Virus record (IMG/VR): IMGVR_UViG_3300035661_000001
Coordinates: 310,001-374,000 of that record
Strand: one strand, 5' to 3'
Length of the DNA: 64,000 bases
In this document: positions 29,063 to 40,500 of the stretch, piece by piece
How positions within the stretch are numbered: the first letter of the stretch is position 1
Layout of the letters: each line of letters opens with the position of its first letter
Notes under the pieces: generated by a model
The model's database searches: none
Seen by the model: only the letters and a program-made list of their open reading frames with translations
Told to the model about the DNA's origin: nothing
Made by a program: the position numbers and the translations under genes

Positions 29063-31240
29063 ATGCCTTGTAGTCCTAATGATGTTAGTATAGCTATTCC
29101 TGATGGTCCAAGTGGTCCTTCCATTCCTGGATTTGGAGTCCCCTTTGCTTTAAATATTCCAAATATCAATCCTTTTCCTACAGGATTTCCGGAAGATCTT
29201 TTAAATATTCTCAATACGTTGCAGCTATTAATACCTCCAGGTGCACTAAAACCATCATTAAATTTGAATTTCGGAAAAGATATTTTTGACGGAATAATGA
29301 AATTGTTGGATCAATTTCTTCCATTCTTAATGATATATAAATTTTTCTTGCCCATTCTTAATATAATAGTTTGTATTATTGAAGTTATTTGTGCAATTGC
29401 AAATCCCTTTAAATTAATACCAGCAATAGTAAAATTATTTACTGAATGTATTCCAGCATTTTTATTATTGTTTCCTATTTTCGCAATCATAATTATGATA
29501 ATTTCTTTGTTATTATTATTGATAGCTCTAATAGAATACATTATAAATCAAATTTTGAAATTCATTCAAGCTATTTTACGTAACGTTTCGATGTTAGTAA
29601 GTGCATTTCAGGAAGCGAATGTTAATTCTGTTTTGTCAATTGCTAAAAAATTGGGAGCACTACTATGTGTATTCCAAAATTTGTTTGTGCTATTAGCTAT
29701 TTTTAATATCATTATTCAAATAATAAAAGATATTTTAGGCATGGCATTTGCTATTCCGCCTTGTGATGATAGCGATTGTTGTACATCAGATGTTTGTCCT
29801 TCATTTATTAAAAATGCTCCATATACAAATACTACAGGTAAATTACAGTATCTTCGTGGATTTGGTGTTAAAACAAATGTAGAGGTTCCTTTACCTCCAC
29901 CAGCAGATCCTATTTTCTTAAGTTATCAGATAAGAAATGAAGCCTGGCAGATCTATGATCCTAGTCAAACTGTTATCCAACAGTTTATGAACATTGTAAA
30001 TGCTTATGACATAGTTCCTTCCAGTGATAATCCAGAACCATTTTTTAAACCTATTTTCTTCCCTACTGATGCGTTTTATTCTGAGAAGACGTCCCCTAAG
30101 CACGCCGCGTATACGATCGATTTAAGAATTCTTTACAATCCCGCAAATTGGGGACGAGTCGGGCTGACTAGATACATTTTATTTAAAGATTGTGTTGTTA
30201 CGGCTATACCGCAACAAATTGTCACAGCTTATAATGGTTTACCTCAAGTAGTGCCTAGTGGAGTATTAAATATTACTGGTGGAAAAGGTTATGAAGATGA
30301 TGGCAAAACCAAGATTACAGGTTTTGCTGCCAATGGTATAACTCCAATAGCAGCTCAGGCAACTTTAAATAATTTCTTACATTTAGAAGATAATATTTCA
30401 ACCACGCCTTCATATTCATTAAGCGACGGATATCTTTATCAAGATATGGAGTATACTTTTAAACCTAACATGGCAACATTACTATCCAAAGAAATGGTAA
30501 CAGCTGGATGTATGCCAGAATTATCTTTAGCAAAAGGATTTGTTAATAATGCATTGGCTGGAGATGTAGCTCTCAAAACACAAATGTTGAAAGATATTTT
30601 TAACGGATCTAATTTCCCAAATCCCGACGCTGCTCAACAATGTTTATCAACAGCACTTTCGGCTCTGCGATCCAATTTAACTCCTCAAGGAGTAGCTGAA
30701 TTTCAAACGACATCAATTTTATGTTTGCAAAAATTAAGAAATGATACTGTTGGTGGATTATCATCAATTATTGGTATAGGATTTGATCCGTGTAAATCAA
30801 CGTTTACGGTAGAGCCACAAACACAATTTACCACTAAGCCAATAATTGTAAAAGTAGATATTAATGAGAATAATGGTCTTCCATTGACAACTGGTATTCC
30901 TGCTGATATTGCAGGTAACTTGGCATCAAGAATCAAAGGTCACACTACATTTGGTGAATTAGGTAATTTCACATATGATGGTTATCAATCTTTTACTGCC
31001 CAGTTAACTAGTAAAGAATCGGGATCAGGACAAATAATGATATCGTTTGATAATAATACCTATTGTAAAAATGATGTGCCAAATTTATCACACACTTTAC
31101 AGGCTTTAGATTATCAATTCGTTTATGTTCCTGGTCAAATTTCTACTCCAATTGGTGACAAGTCTGATGGTACACAACCTTTCCGAGATGCCGGTGATTT
31201 ATCTAACATGGGTGATGTGGGCGGCAAGGATGGTTCTTAA
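29063..31240 (+). CDS. baseplate-region protein with extended hydrophobic/membrane segment and Cys cluster
   Basis: Residues ~80-230 are almost continuously hydrophobic; PPCDDSDCCTSDVC motif; beta-rich C-terminus. Confidence 0.6.
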   Translation: MPCSPNDVSIAIPDGPSGPSIPGFGVPFALNIPNINPFPTGFPEDLLNILNTLQLLIPPGALKPSLNLNFGKDIFDGIMKLLDQFLPFLMIYKFFLPILNIIVCIIEVICAIANPFKLIPAIVKLFTECIPAFLLLFPIFAIIIMIISLLLLLIALIEYIINQILKFIQAILRNVSMLVSAFQEANVNSVLSIAKKLGALLCVFQNLFVLLAIFNIIIQIIKDILGMAFAIPPCDDSDCCTSDVCPSFIKNAPYTNTTGKLQYLRGFGVKTNVEVPLPPPADPIFLSYQIRNEAWQIYDPSQTVIQQFMNIVNAYDIVPSSDNPEPFFKPIFFPTDAFYSEKTSPKHAAYTIDLRILYNPANWGRVGLTRYILFKDCVVTAIPQQIVTAYNGLPQVVPSGVLNITGGKGYEDDGKTKITGFAANGITPIAAQATLNNFLHLEDNISTTPSYSLSDGYLYQDMEYTFKPNMATLLSKEMVTAGCMPELSLAKGFVNNALAGDVALKTQMLKDIFNGSNFPNPDAAQQCLSTALSALRSNLTPQGVAEFQTTSILCLQKLRNDTVGGLSSIIGIGFDPCKSTFTVEPQTQFTTKPIIVKVDINENNGLPLTTGIPADIAGNLASRIKGHTTFGELGNFTYDGYQSFTAQLTSKESGSGQIMISFDNNTYCKNDVPNLSHTLQALDYQFVYVPGQISTPIGDKSDGTQPFRDAGDLSNMGDVGGKDGS

Positions 31241-32907
31241 TGGTTGATAAAATACCTAATCAAGCTAATTATCAAGATGCTCAAAAATTTGAGATTGATA
31301 TTAATAAAGTATATTCTGATTTTATTGTTGTTATCGATAAAGTCAGAAGTAATACTAATTGTGCAGTGATAAGTGCGCAGGCATCTTCATCAATTTTTCA
31401 AAGTGGAGATACTACTTTGGCTAAATTAAAATCACAAACAAGTATTAGCTCTACTCCTCAAGAAAGTAGATGTCATGCATTTTTTAGAATTATTGGGTTT
31501 CCAGTAATATCAAGTGCATATAAAATATACAATCCAGGACATGATATTGTTTATGATAGTTCTAGAACTATTGGTGCTGCTGTTAGTTCGGCAAAATTAG
31601 CTATCGCCGCTAGTCCTATTTCTAAGTTTAGAGAACTATCTTTACAAAGAGAAAATTATGTAACTGGAATAATTGATATTTTTAGCATTCCTAATTCTAT
31701 CGATGCATCGACATTAGCTTTGTCCTCTGGTGCGAAAATAAGACAGTTCGCTGCACCAGTGATTAATAGCTCCGATCCATTCGATATGGATTTTAAAAAT
31801 CAACAATATAAAATAGATTTTAATAGTAATGTGGGTGGTAAGAAAAAAAAACTTACAGAATATGTAGATATTAACGGAAACACTCCTACTAAATTACAAT
31901 CACAAAGAGTTCATATTATAAAATCTTTTATGGTAGATCCTGTTATTGATTTTACTGTTAATGATGTTTCTAAATTAATAGCCGTGCCTTTCGTTCCTGC
32001 GAAAACTTATCTAATGGTTAAAGAAAATGTTTTCGCAAGTCGTCCAATTATAGAACAAGTTATTAGAAATAGGTTTACGATTATAGATCAAACAAATTCA
32101 GTTGGAACTGCTGATCAATCAGTTATTGATTACATGGAAAGTATTCCATCTATTCAAGACGAAGCAATCATTGCTAGTATTAATAAAGGTGATGTTTATA
32201 AATTATCAAAACAAGCGCAATTTGTTAAGTATATAAATATAATTCGAGCAATGATTAATAAATTGGTAGAATCTCAATTGATAATATCAAGAGTTTGTTC
32301 TCAATATTATTGGCTACCAGTTCCATCTACTATTGGTCCAGAAGGAGGGTCATCGGTACAAGGGGTATTTGTTTCAACTAATGTTCCTAGTGATTTTACT
32401 CCTGCCAAGGATAAATCAATAATAAATATTAAAATAAAAACAACAATCAATCAAATAAATTCCCAAACTGCCAACGTTCAAGGTATTCCTGATGTTGGAG
32501 GATTTGCTTTTGATAATTTTAAAAATACATTTGGACCAGATACTAGCGAGTCTTTAGGCGATGCAAGTTCTTCTTCTTTACAAGAATTAACAAGTCAAAG
32601 AAATACTAATTTAAAAAAAGCAAATAACGCATTAAGAACTATTGAAATTATTATGGGTGAATTTAGTGGTTTAGGATTGTGTGATATTATCGCCGTCATG
32701 GGAGCACTTTATATTATGCCTAAAAATGATCTGTTGGGATTTTTAGATGATGACGCGCTTAAGAGAATGAATACTATTTTGAATTTAAACGAGTCAAGTC
32801 CTGGTATTCAGTCAGCAATGAAATCTTTTGTATCTTCCGTAAAAGATTTTTACAATTTGATGGATAAAATCTATCAAGATCAATCTCAAAATAATGGATT
32901 AACTTAA
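31240..32907 (+). CDS. hypothetical virion-associated protein
   Basis: 555-aa ORF translationally coupled to the previous gene within the baseplate cluster. Confidence 0.5.
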   Translation: MVDKIPNQANYQDAQKFEIDINKVYSDFIVVIDKVRSNTNCAVISAQASSSIFQSGDTTLAKLKSQTSISSTPQESRCHAFFRIIGFPVISSAYKIYNPGHDIVYDSSRTIGAAVSSAKLAIAASPISKFRELSLQRENYVTGIIDIFSIPNSIDASTLALSSGAKIRQFAAPVINSSDPFDMDFKNQQYKIDFNSNVGGKKKKLTEYVDINGNTPTKLQSQRVHIIKSFMVDPVIDFTVNDVSKLIAVPFVPAKTYLMVKENVFASRPIIEQVIRNRFTIIDQTNSVGTADQSVIDYMESIPSIQDEAIIASINKGDVYKLSKQAQFVKYINIIRAMINKLVESQLIISRVCSQYYWLPVPSTIGPEGGSSVQGVFVSTNVPSDFTPAKDKSIINIKIKTTINQINSQTANVQGIPDVGGFAFDNFKNTFGPDTSESLGDASSSSLQELTSQRNTNLKKANNALRTIEIIMGEFSGLGLCDIIAVMGALYIMPKNDLLGFLDDDALKRMNTILNLNESSPGIQSAMKSFVSSVKDFYNLMDKIYQDQSQNNGLT

Positions 32908-32974
32908 AATTTGATGTTTTTCAATTTGTCTATAATTGAGCATTACTCTGTATAGGTAATGTGGAGAATTATAG

Positions 32975-33406
32975 ATGTCGTTTGATCTAAAAATACAAAA
33001 TAGAAATTTAATATTAGTTAATGGGCAATTAAAAACTGTTGTAGATAGTGAAAAGCTTATTCAAGATGTATTAAAAATTTGTTTAACTACCGCTGGATCT
33101 AATCCATATCAGCCATGGTATGGATCATATTTATCCAGAACTATCATTGGAAATCCAATTTATACTTCCGTTTTGGTTCAGGTTGCCAAATCACAATTAA
33201 ATACAGCGTTAGAAAATCTCAAGAATTTACAAAATGCTCAGACTCAATCTTTTCAAAGGGTTAGTGCAGATGAGCAAATTAATTCTATTTTGGATATATC
33301 TGTAGTAAGAAATCAAATTGATCCAAGACTTTTTGATGTAAGAATTGGTATTTCTAGTAAAGGGTTAAAACCAATAACCACAGAATTTAGTGTATCCACA
33401 ATATAA
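32975..33406 (+). CDS. baseplate wedge protein, gp25/GpW-like
   Basis: DLKI...KLIQDVLKICLTTAGSNPYQPWYGS...EQINSILDISV pattern; precedes the baseplate J-like gene. Confidence 0.8.
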   Translation: MSFDLKIQNRNLILVNGQLKTVVDSEKLIQDVLKICLTTAGSNPYQPWYGSYLSRTIIGNPIYTSVLVQVAKSQLNTALENLKNLQNAQTQSFQRVSADEQINSILDISVVRNQIDPRLFDVRIGISSKGLKPITTEFSVSTI

Positions 33407-33424
33407 TCTACTAAAGGATAAACC

Positions 33425-36400
33425 ATGGTAACCGTTCGTAGTGCTAATGAAATTATACAAAGTTTAGTAGATTTTTTCAGACTTGCCCAGCCTGATTTAG
33501 ATACAAAGCCAGGTACAGTTGCTAGAGATTTGTTTATAGAAGGACCCTCTAGTCAAATATCTCTTTTGTATGACCAAATTGGAAGTATTTCTAATTTACA
33601 ATCCATTCGTTTAGTTGTAGGGTCTGATTTAGATAAATTATCTAAAAATTTTGGTATTGTTAGAAAACAAACGACCCCAGCAACTGGTACTGCTCTTTTA
33701 ACTTTTTCAGCGATTGTAGCACCGATCAATATCAATAAAGGAGATACGGTAATTGCGAATAATGGAATTTCTTATTCAGTAGCCGCCGGAGTAGCTGTAA
33801 TTCCATCTAATTCAAATTTTTATAAATCAGTTGCTAGTAAATTTAGAGACCAATTAGACACTGCGGGCATATCGGATCAATATGCTGTTCAAGTAACATT
33901 AATAGCTTCATCTGCGGGATCTGCTGGTAATATCGGAGCTTATTCTCTTTCTAGAACTACCATACCTGGCGTGTCTAATGTCACAAATGTTAATTCTTTT
34001 AATGGAGGAACTGATCAAGAGGATGATGCTTCATTCAGAAACCGTGTATTAGCGGCTTTTAGTGGATCTAGTGTGGGCACTGCGTTAGGATACCTTAACG
34101 TAGCTATGAGTACAACAGGAGTCTCTGACGCTTATGTTGTAGAGCCTGGTGACCCTCTTATGATTAGAGATGGCACGATAGTTAAAATAAATAGTGATGG
34201 ATCTAGAACTATTGTTTCTGAAGGTTCGGGTGGAAAAGTAGATATTATAGTTTTGGGTAGTAATTTAATTGAAAATAAAAACACTTTTATTTTCAATGAT
34301 AAAAGCAATACTAATGATCCTACTAGCCCTAAAAACGATGTAGTATTAGGTCAAATTATAGGCGATGAAAATAAAACTATCAATAGAAAAAGAATTGATG
34401 ATATCGCAAATGGAACTGTTCCGTCACAGCCAGTATCTGATATTTTAGAAGTGACTGGATCAGAGAGTGGATCAAATTTCTTACCTAAAACTGTTGATGA
34501 ATTTGGTAGAGTATCCGGTAATTATGAATTGATCAAAGATACTGGTGTATACGGTGGAAGTCCATGGGGATTTGATACTTTTCATATTATATCTAATAAA
34601 ATATCATTATTTAATGAAGATGTAATTAAGGGTCAATTTAACGGGCAAGATGCTGTTACGTTTACTGATGTATTAGAAGTGCCGCAGATACAACAGAATA
34701 TTTCAATTACTAATGAAAATAGTATCGTAACTAGTGATCGATCTATTATTCAATTATTACACACTCCTGCAACAAATGTTACGAGAGTATTTAATGTTCA
34801 TACAGGAGAAAGATATATTGTAGTTAATCAAAACTTTGATGTCACTGGTACTTTTAATTCTACTGGTAGAATAAAAATATCTGGAAACACTTTACCTTCC
34901 CCTAGTGATCAATTACAAGTTGATTATAGTTGGATTGTTAATTATGATCAATATTCTGATTATGATGGTTTAGTAAAAACATCTAATATTAGACCTGTTA
35001 CTGATAGCATTGATTGGGGATATGCATCTATTGTTAATAACGAAAAAATAATTTTCGTTAAAGATGTTTCTAATGGATTTTTTACGGGCACTGCTAATCA
35101 TCCTGTTAGTACAGTTTTATCAGCAAAATCTTTTTCTGAAATTACAGGAACAGTAGTTAAAGTTACTTCTGGAATTTTTGTAGATAGATTATCTATTACT
35201 ATTGGTAATTTACCAATTCAAACACAAACAGTTGATAGTATTACGTTTAAAAATAGCAATACTGAATTGTACAATACTCCGCAAGGAAACGGTATTTTTT
35301 CTAATGTCGCTACGATAGTAGGAATTAATGTAGTTTATAACACTGTTATTATATTACCAATAGATACGCCTGCTAAAAATGGAGACATAGTATCTACATT
35401 TATAAATAATATAGAAGTATTTAATGGAACAAATATAAATGGTAGTGCTACAGGAACACAAATTACTATTCCAGCAGAATTATTAACTACATCAGCGAAT
35501 AGTATTGTTTTGAAAGTTAATTATATTTCTAGTATTTCAGATTTATTTTCTGTTGGTACAACAGCATTACCTATCAGTAGAGTAAGTAATGGATTTTTAA
35601 CTAATGCAAGTAATGGTTTTAATAATTTTAGTATAGTTAATCTTTCTAGAAGAGAAAATCAAACTGTTCAAAAAAATACTAGCAATCAATTTTATGTAAA
35701 CTTAAATGCATTCGCAATTGATTTTTCAATATCTCCGTCGCAGGTTTTATCTATAATTAGACTTTCTGACAATTTAGAATTATGGAATTCTGATAATTTA
35801 GGTAGCATTATTGTGGGTAATACTGGTAATTATCAATTAATTTTGAACGGAGTAAATGCTCCTGCAGTAGGAGATAAAATTTTAGTTATCTATTATGTGG
35901 GAGATTTGAGAAAATTTCAACCATTTAGTTTTGCAAACCAAAATATTTCAAATAGAATAGAAATATTACAAACGGATGCTAGTACCGGGAAATTATATAT
36001 TCCTATAAGTGGATTGACAAATCAAACGAACGTACAGTTCTCCATTATAGAACCAAATACTGATATTGTAATATTTTCTGGAACAGATGGAGTTTTAATT
36101 TCAAATTCTTTATCTGCAACATTGAATAGCGTTGCAGTTGATTTCAGTTCTTCAATTGATTTAACAAACAAAAAAATTAAGATTGTTGGAAGTATCAACA
36201 ATGGTACATACGATATTTCATCATATGATGTTAATACAAATACATTAACATTTATCAATAACATTAACAAATTAACAAACGACCAAATATGTGTTATTAG
36301 AATAGCAGACGGCAAAGAAATATGGAATTACAATGGAATAATAGATATTGCTAATAATAAATTATTATTTGCAAACAATAATTTTACTCATGTTAACGAT

Positions 36401-37510
36401 AAAGTATATGTTATTTTGTTCAATTTTCAAAATTTAAGAAAATCTCCTACTAAAATTACAGGCACTATAGTCGATCAAGTAATTAACGCCGGTGTAATTA
36501 CAATTTCTGGAATGACATTATTTAAAATTCAGGATGTAATTTTCACAGCTACTAGTACAGGATTAAAATTGGATATATCTGAAGCTATTAGAAAAGGATT
36601 AGGTTTATCTAGCTCTGTCAGTATACCAAGTAATATAAAATTAGTTAAAGTAATTAAATTAGAAAAAGTAATTACTGTTAGTGCGGGCAGCGATGAAGTA
36701 GCGCAAGTATCAGCATCATATGATACAGAAAATTCAACTATAAAAAATAATCTTTTATATAGTGACGAAATGTTAAGTGATACAGGATTGAATAATTTGG
36801 AATTAATATTACCAAATACTAACAATAACACATTGAATACTAGTATAAAAAATTTACCAACTTTAGGTGATAAATTAAGAATAACCTTTTATTATACGGT
36901 AGATAATGATTCAGAAAATCTTTCTTATTCTAGAAATGGGATATTGTATACTAACAAAAAATTTGCACTTGTAGATAAAGTGTTTATCTCTAGTGGTTTT
37001 AAAACTTCACAGTCTACTAAATTAACAGGAACTTCTTTTACTCAACCAGGATTAGGATCCAGATATAAAGTTTATTACGATTATCTAGCTCCTAAAGCTA
37101 ATGAAAGAATTGTAGTAAGATATAATTATAATAGATTAATTTCAGATGTTACTTTCAGTGTTGAAAATACCAGACCGATAAATGCAGATGTTTTGGTTCG
37201 TGGTGCAAAACAAGTGTTTTTAGATTTGATTTTAAATGTAGTAATAGCAGACGGATTTGCGTCATCACAAAATACTGTTTTACAAAATTTAAGAGATCAA
37301 ATCAATGCCGCAATGACAACTACTAAATTAGGAGATATAGTAGATACTATTGATCTTATCAATGTTGCGCAAGCAGTTGAAGGAATTGCAAGGGCTAGAA
37401 TTGTTTATTTTAACAAAACTGGAAGCCAAGGACAAGTGTTAAAAGTTCAAGCACAACAGGATGAATATTTGACACCAAACGATGTACAGATAAACAAAGA
37501 AACAAGATAA
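33425..37510 (+). CDS. baseplate J-like (gp6/gp47) wedge protein, greatly enlarged
   Basis: DLDKLSKNFGIVRK..PATG, GSAGNIGA...VTN...GGTDQEDDASFRNR, GVSDAYV...GKVDI motifs. Confidence 0.85.
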   Translation: MVTVRSANEIIQSLVDFFRLAQPDLDTKPGTVARDLFIEGPSSQISLLYDQIGSISNLQSIRLVVGSDLDKLSKNFGIVRKQTTPATGTALLTFSAIVAPININKGDTVIANNGISYSVAAGVAVIPSNSNFYKSVASKFRDQLDTAGISDQYAVQVTLIASSAGSAGNIGAYSLSRTTIPGVSNVTNVNSFNGGTDQEDDASFRNRVLAAFSGSSVGTALGYLNVAMSTTGVSDAYVVEPGDPLMIRDGTIVKINSDGSRTIVSEGSGGKVDIIVLGSNLIENKNTFIFNDKSNTNDPTSPKNDVVLGQIIGDENKTINRKRIDDIANGTVPSQPVSDILEVTGSESGSNFLPKTVDEFGRVSGNYELIKDTGVYGGSPWGFDTFHIISNKISLFNEDVIKGQFNGQDAVTFTDVLEVPQIQQNISITNENSIVTSDRSIIQLLHTPATNVTRVFNVHTGERYIVVNQNFDVTGTFNSTGRIKISGNTLPSPSDQLQVDYSWIVNYDQYSDYDGLVKTSNIRPVTDSIDWGYASIVNNEKIIFVKDVSNGFFTGTANHPVSTVLSAKSFSEITGTVVKVTSGIFVDRLSITIGNLPIQTQTVDSITFKNSNTELYNTPQGNGIFSNVATIVGINVVYNTVIILPIDTPAKNGDIVSTFINNIEVFNGTNINGSATGTQITIPAELLTTSANSIVLKVNYISSISDLFSVGTTALPISRVSNGFLTNASNGFNNFSIVNLSRRENQTVQKNTSNQFYVNLNAFAIDFSISPSQVLSIIRLSDNLELWNSDNLGSIIVGNTGNYQLILNGVNAPAVGDKILVIYYVGDLRKFQPFSFANQNISNRIEILQTDASTGKLYIPISGLTNQTNVQFSIIEPNTDIVIFSGTDGVLISNSLSATLNSVAVDFSSSIDLTNKKIKIVGSINNGTYDISSYDVNTNTLTFINNINKLTNDQICVIRIADGKEIWNYNGIIDIANNKLLFANNNFTHVNDKVYVILFNFQNLRKSPTKITGTIVDQVINAGVITISGMTLFKIQDVIFTATSTGLKLDISEAIRKGLGLSSSVSIPSNIKLVKVIKLEKVITVSAGSDEVAQVSASYDTENSTIKNNLLYSDEMLSDTGLNNLELILPNTNNNTLNTSIKNLPTLGDKLRITFYYTVDNDSENLSYSRNGILYTNKKFALVDKVFISSGFKTSQSTKLTGTSFTQPGLGSRYKVYYDYLAPKANERIVVRYNYNRLISDVTFSVENTRPINADVLVRGAKQVFLDLILNVVIADGFASSQNTVLQNLRDQINAAMTTTKLGDIVDTIDLINVAQAVEGIARARIVYFNKTGSQGQVLKVQAQQDEYLTPNDVQINKETR

Positions 37511-37511
37511 T

Positions 37512-40500
37512 ATGCAAATTCTTAGAATACTCAGTGTAACTATAAATAATAATTCAAGCATTGATGTTTCATTTACTGAAAATTTAACATCAAATCTTGT
37601 ACCGTCAAATATTTCTATTATTTCTGATACACCTAATGTACCTTCATCTGAAGTATTGTTTATAAGAATAACTGGTAATGTATTAAGTTTTGTATGTCAA
37701 CCTTTAACACCTTTAGCTTCCTATTTTATTAAACTGTCAAATACACCTACTAATCCATTTATTTCATTAAATGGAGATGCTAAAATATCAGAAGATGGCG
37801 TATCAAATATGTATTTGATAACAGGACCATTGTCTTCTGATAATCCAGTTAAAAATTTCTTTTTATCTTATTTTAAAGATAATATTTATGATTTAGAAGA
37901 TTCTAATGGTCTTGTCGCCAAATATATTGATTCTCTTAGTGTATCATTAGCAAGAGCCTTATATGATATAGGTCAAACTAAAAATGAAAATTATCTTAGT
38001 TTTACTGTTACAGATGAGCAAAAAACTAGAGGTCCTGGACCTTTTGATAGATTAAATGAAGAGAGTGCTTATGAAATTTTCAGAGTAGGAAGAGGGGCTA
38101 CTACAGCAAATGCTAGTACGGCATTTGTTATTTCTGATTTTCCAGCATACCCAATTACATTACAGAAACAAGATAATATTGAGGTTGTAAAGCCTAATAC
38201 AATAAATCAATCGGGATATTTTAACATCAATAGTTTGATTTTTAATTTATCAACATTACCTATTACCAAAGTAAATAGCATTGTATTTACACAGTTGACC
38301 GCAAATCCAATCTATGTTTACGATATAGAAAATTTTGGATATCAAATTAAAAATTCTAGATATGATCAAGATTTTGCTTTTGATTATTTAGTATTAGAAG
38401 AAAATCAAATTAAAATAAGCGATAAAATTTTAGAAGACTCCTTATTTTCTTTAGATAATATCTTAAGCGTTGAAGTTAAATATGAATCTAAAGATTTAGG
38501 TAGAGTCGTTGATTCTAATACGGTAATTGTCACTACCGTAAAAAAATCTATAAGAGAAGTTTTACCACCTATTATAAATATTTTTAATTTAAAACATGCG
38601 CCTATTACTGATACATCAGGTATAATTATTAATTTGGGCGGGGTAATATTTACTGATCCAAATACTACGACCGGGCTACAACACCCTGCTTTTATTACTG
38701 AATTGCCTTTCAGATTAAATGGTTTGCCATTTTTGCCAGGGCAATACAGCATAGATTATACAACAGGAAATGTATATGTATATGGTGCGGACTTAACTAA
38801 TGATGGTACGGGGGCATTTCCTCCATTAGCTACTTATAATTATTTATTGACTTACAAGCATAATCAAGATTATACTTATGATCCCGATCTATTGGATGTA
38901 GTTTCTTTGCCTCATGGAAATTTGCGAAATTCTAGTGGTACTGTAAAATTTAATTATGAACAAGTATTGATACCAGGAATAGATTACGTAGCTAACTTAC
39001 ATCAAGAAGTTTTGACAGAAAGAATAAATAATAATTTATTGGCTGCTAATTTGATTAAAACTCAATCATCTCCAATTACAAATGTATATAGAATATACAA
39101 TGAAACTTCTGGAGAAATTTATACTTTAGATAGATGGTCAGATAATAAAATTTATTTTAGATACAATACTCCGCCACGCATAGATCAAAAACTAAATGAA
39201 AGAGTTTCATTCAATACTGTGACAAATGAATTATTATTTGTGAATAGTTCACAGTTGAATAATTCTTTTTTAAATATTGTTAAGATTTTTTTAAATAACA
39301 ACACTATTATTTCTGGAACAGAAGACAGTGTTGCTACTTCTTTTAATACTAGTTTAACATTTTCTGATAATAATATCTTTATCAAAGAAAAATGGTTCAA
39401 TAGACAATTAGATGAATCAATTAATATAGATCGATTGGAATCGATCGGTGAATATATGATTGATTATTTTAATGGTGTTGTATATTGCGTTGTTGTTGAT
39501 CCACAGAATTTTAATATAGGTACAGTATCTTATAAGAATAATACGATTTCTCCACAATTTCCACATTTGATAAGTGTAGATGATTTGTATTATCAAATTA
39601 ATATTTTGGATTCTAAAACTAAAACATTCACATACACTTCTTTTGGTGATGGTTTTGTTATTCCAGAATCTTTAGATTATGCTGATGAATTAACTTTAAA
39701 CAATTCTGATGCGATATACCAAATTCATGATGATCAAATTGGTATATTTATGGATGGTATTTTTATTCCTGGAGTAACGAACCAGATTAAATATGTCAGA
39801 TCATTAATTGAGTATGAAGATTTATTAAACAGTACGAATCCTTTGAATTTCGCATCATTCGTTAATAGTGGGGATTTTGATGTTCAAATTGAGCCAATTA
39901 TCGGTCAGTCTTTTGAAAATGTTCAATTTGATGGAAATTATTATGTAGTTATTAATCAAAATATTCCATATTTATCAAATAATATTACATACGCTTTCAC
40001 TGTAACTCGTGTATCTGATTCTGCCACATTATGGAATGGTTCTGGTACTGTAATTCCTGGTGACGTAGTTAAATTAGTATTGCCAGGTATAAATGCGCCA
40101 AATGAAGGTGATCTAGTGAATGTAACTTTCACTTTCACCATTAATGATTTATCAAGAATAGTGATTGATTATAATAAAGGTGAATATTACATTGATTATG
40201 TTTATGTTGCTGATGAGATAATAGTTAGTTACGAACATGGTGATAATGTTTTGGATTTCAGAAAAAGTAAAAATTTACCTACGGGTTCCGTTTATTACGT
40301 AACTTATAAGGTTGGAGCATTGCGAGATGCTTTATTGAAAAATTTTGGTACGCTCGTAAATATTCCTGAATTAGCAAATTTTGATATTAATTTTGATAGA
40401 GAAAGATACCGAGATGCATTGATTGCTGCTCTTAGTTCTTTTATTCAAGGACCTACAATTACAGCTATTAAAAATATTGGTCAAACCATTTCTCATATTG

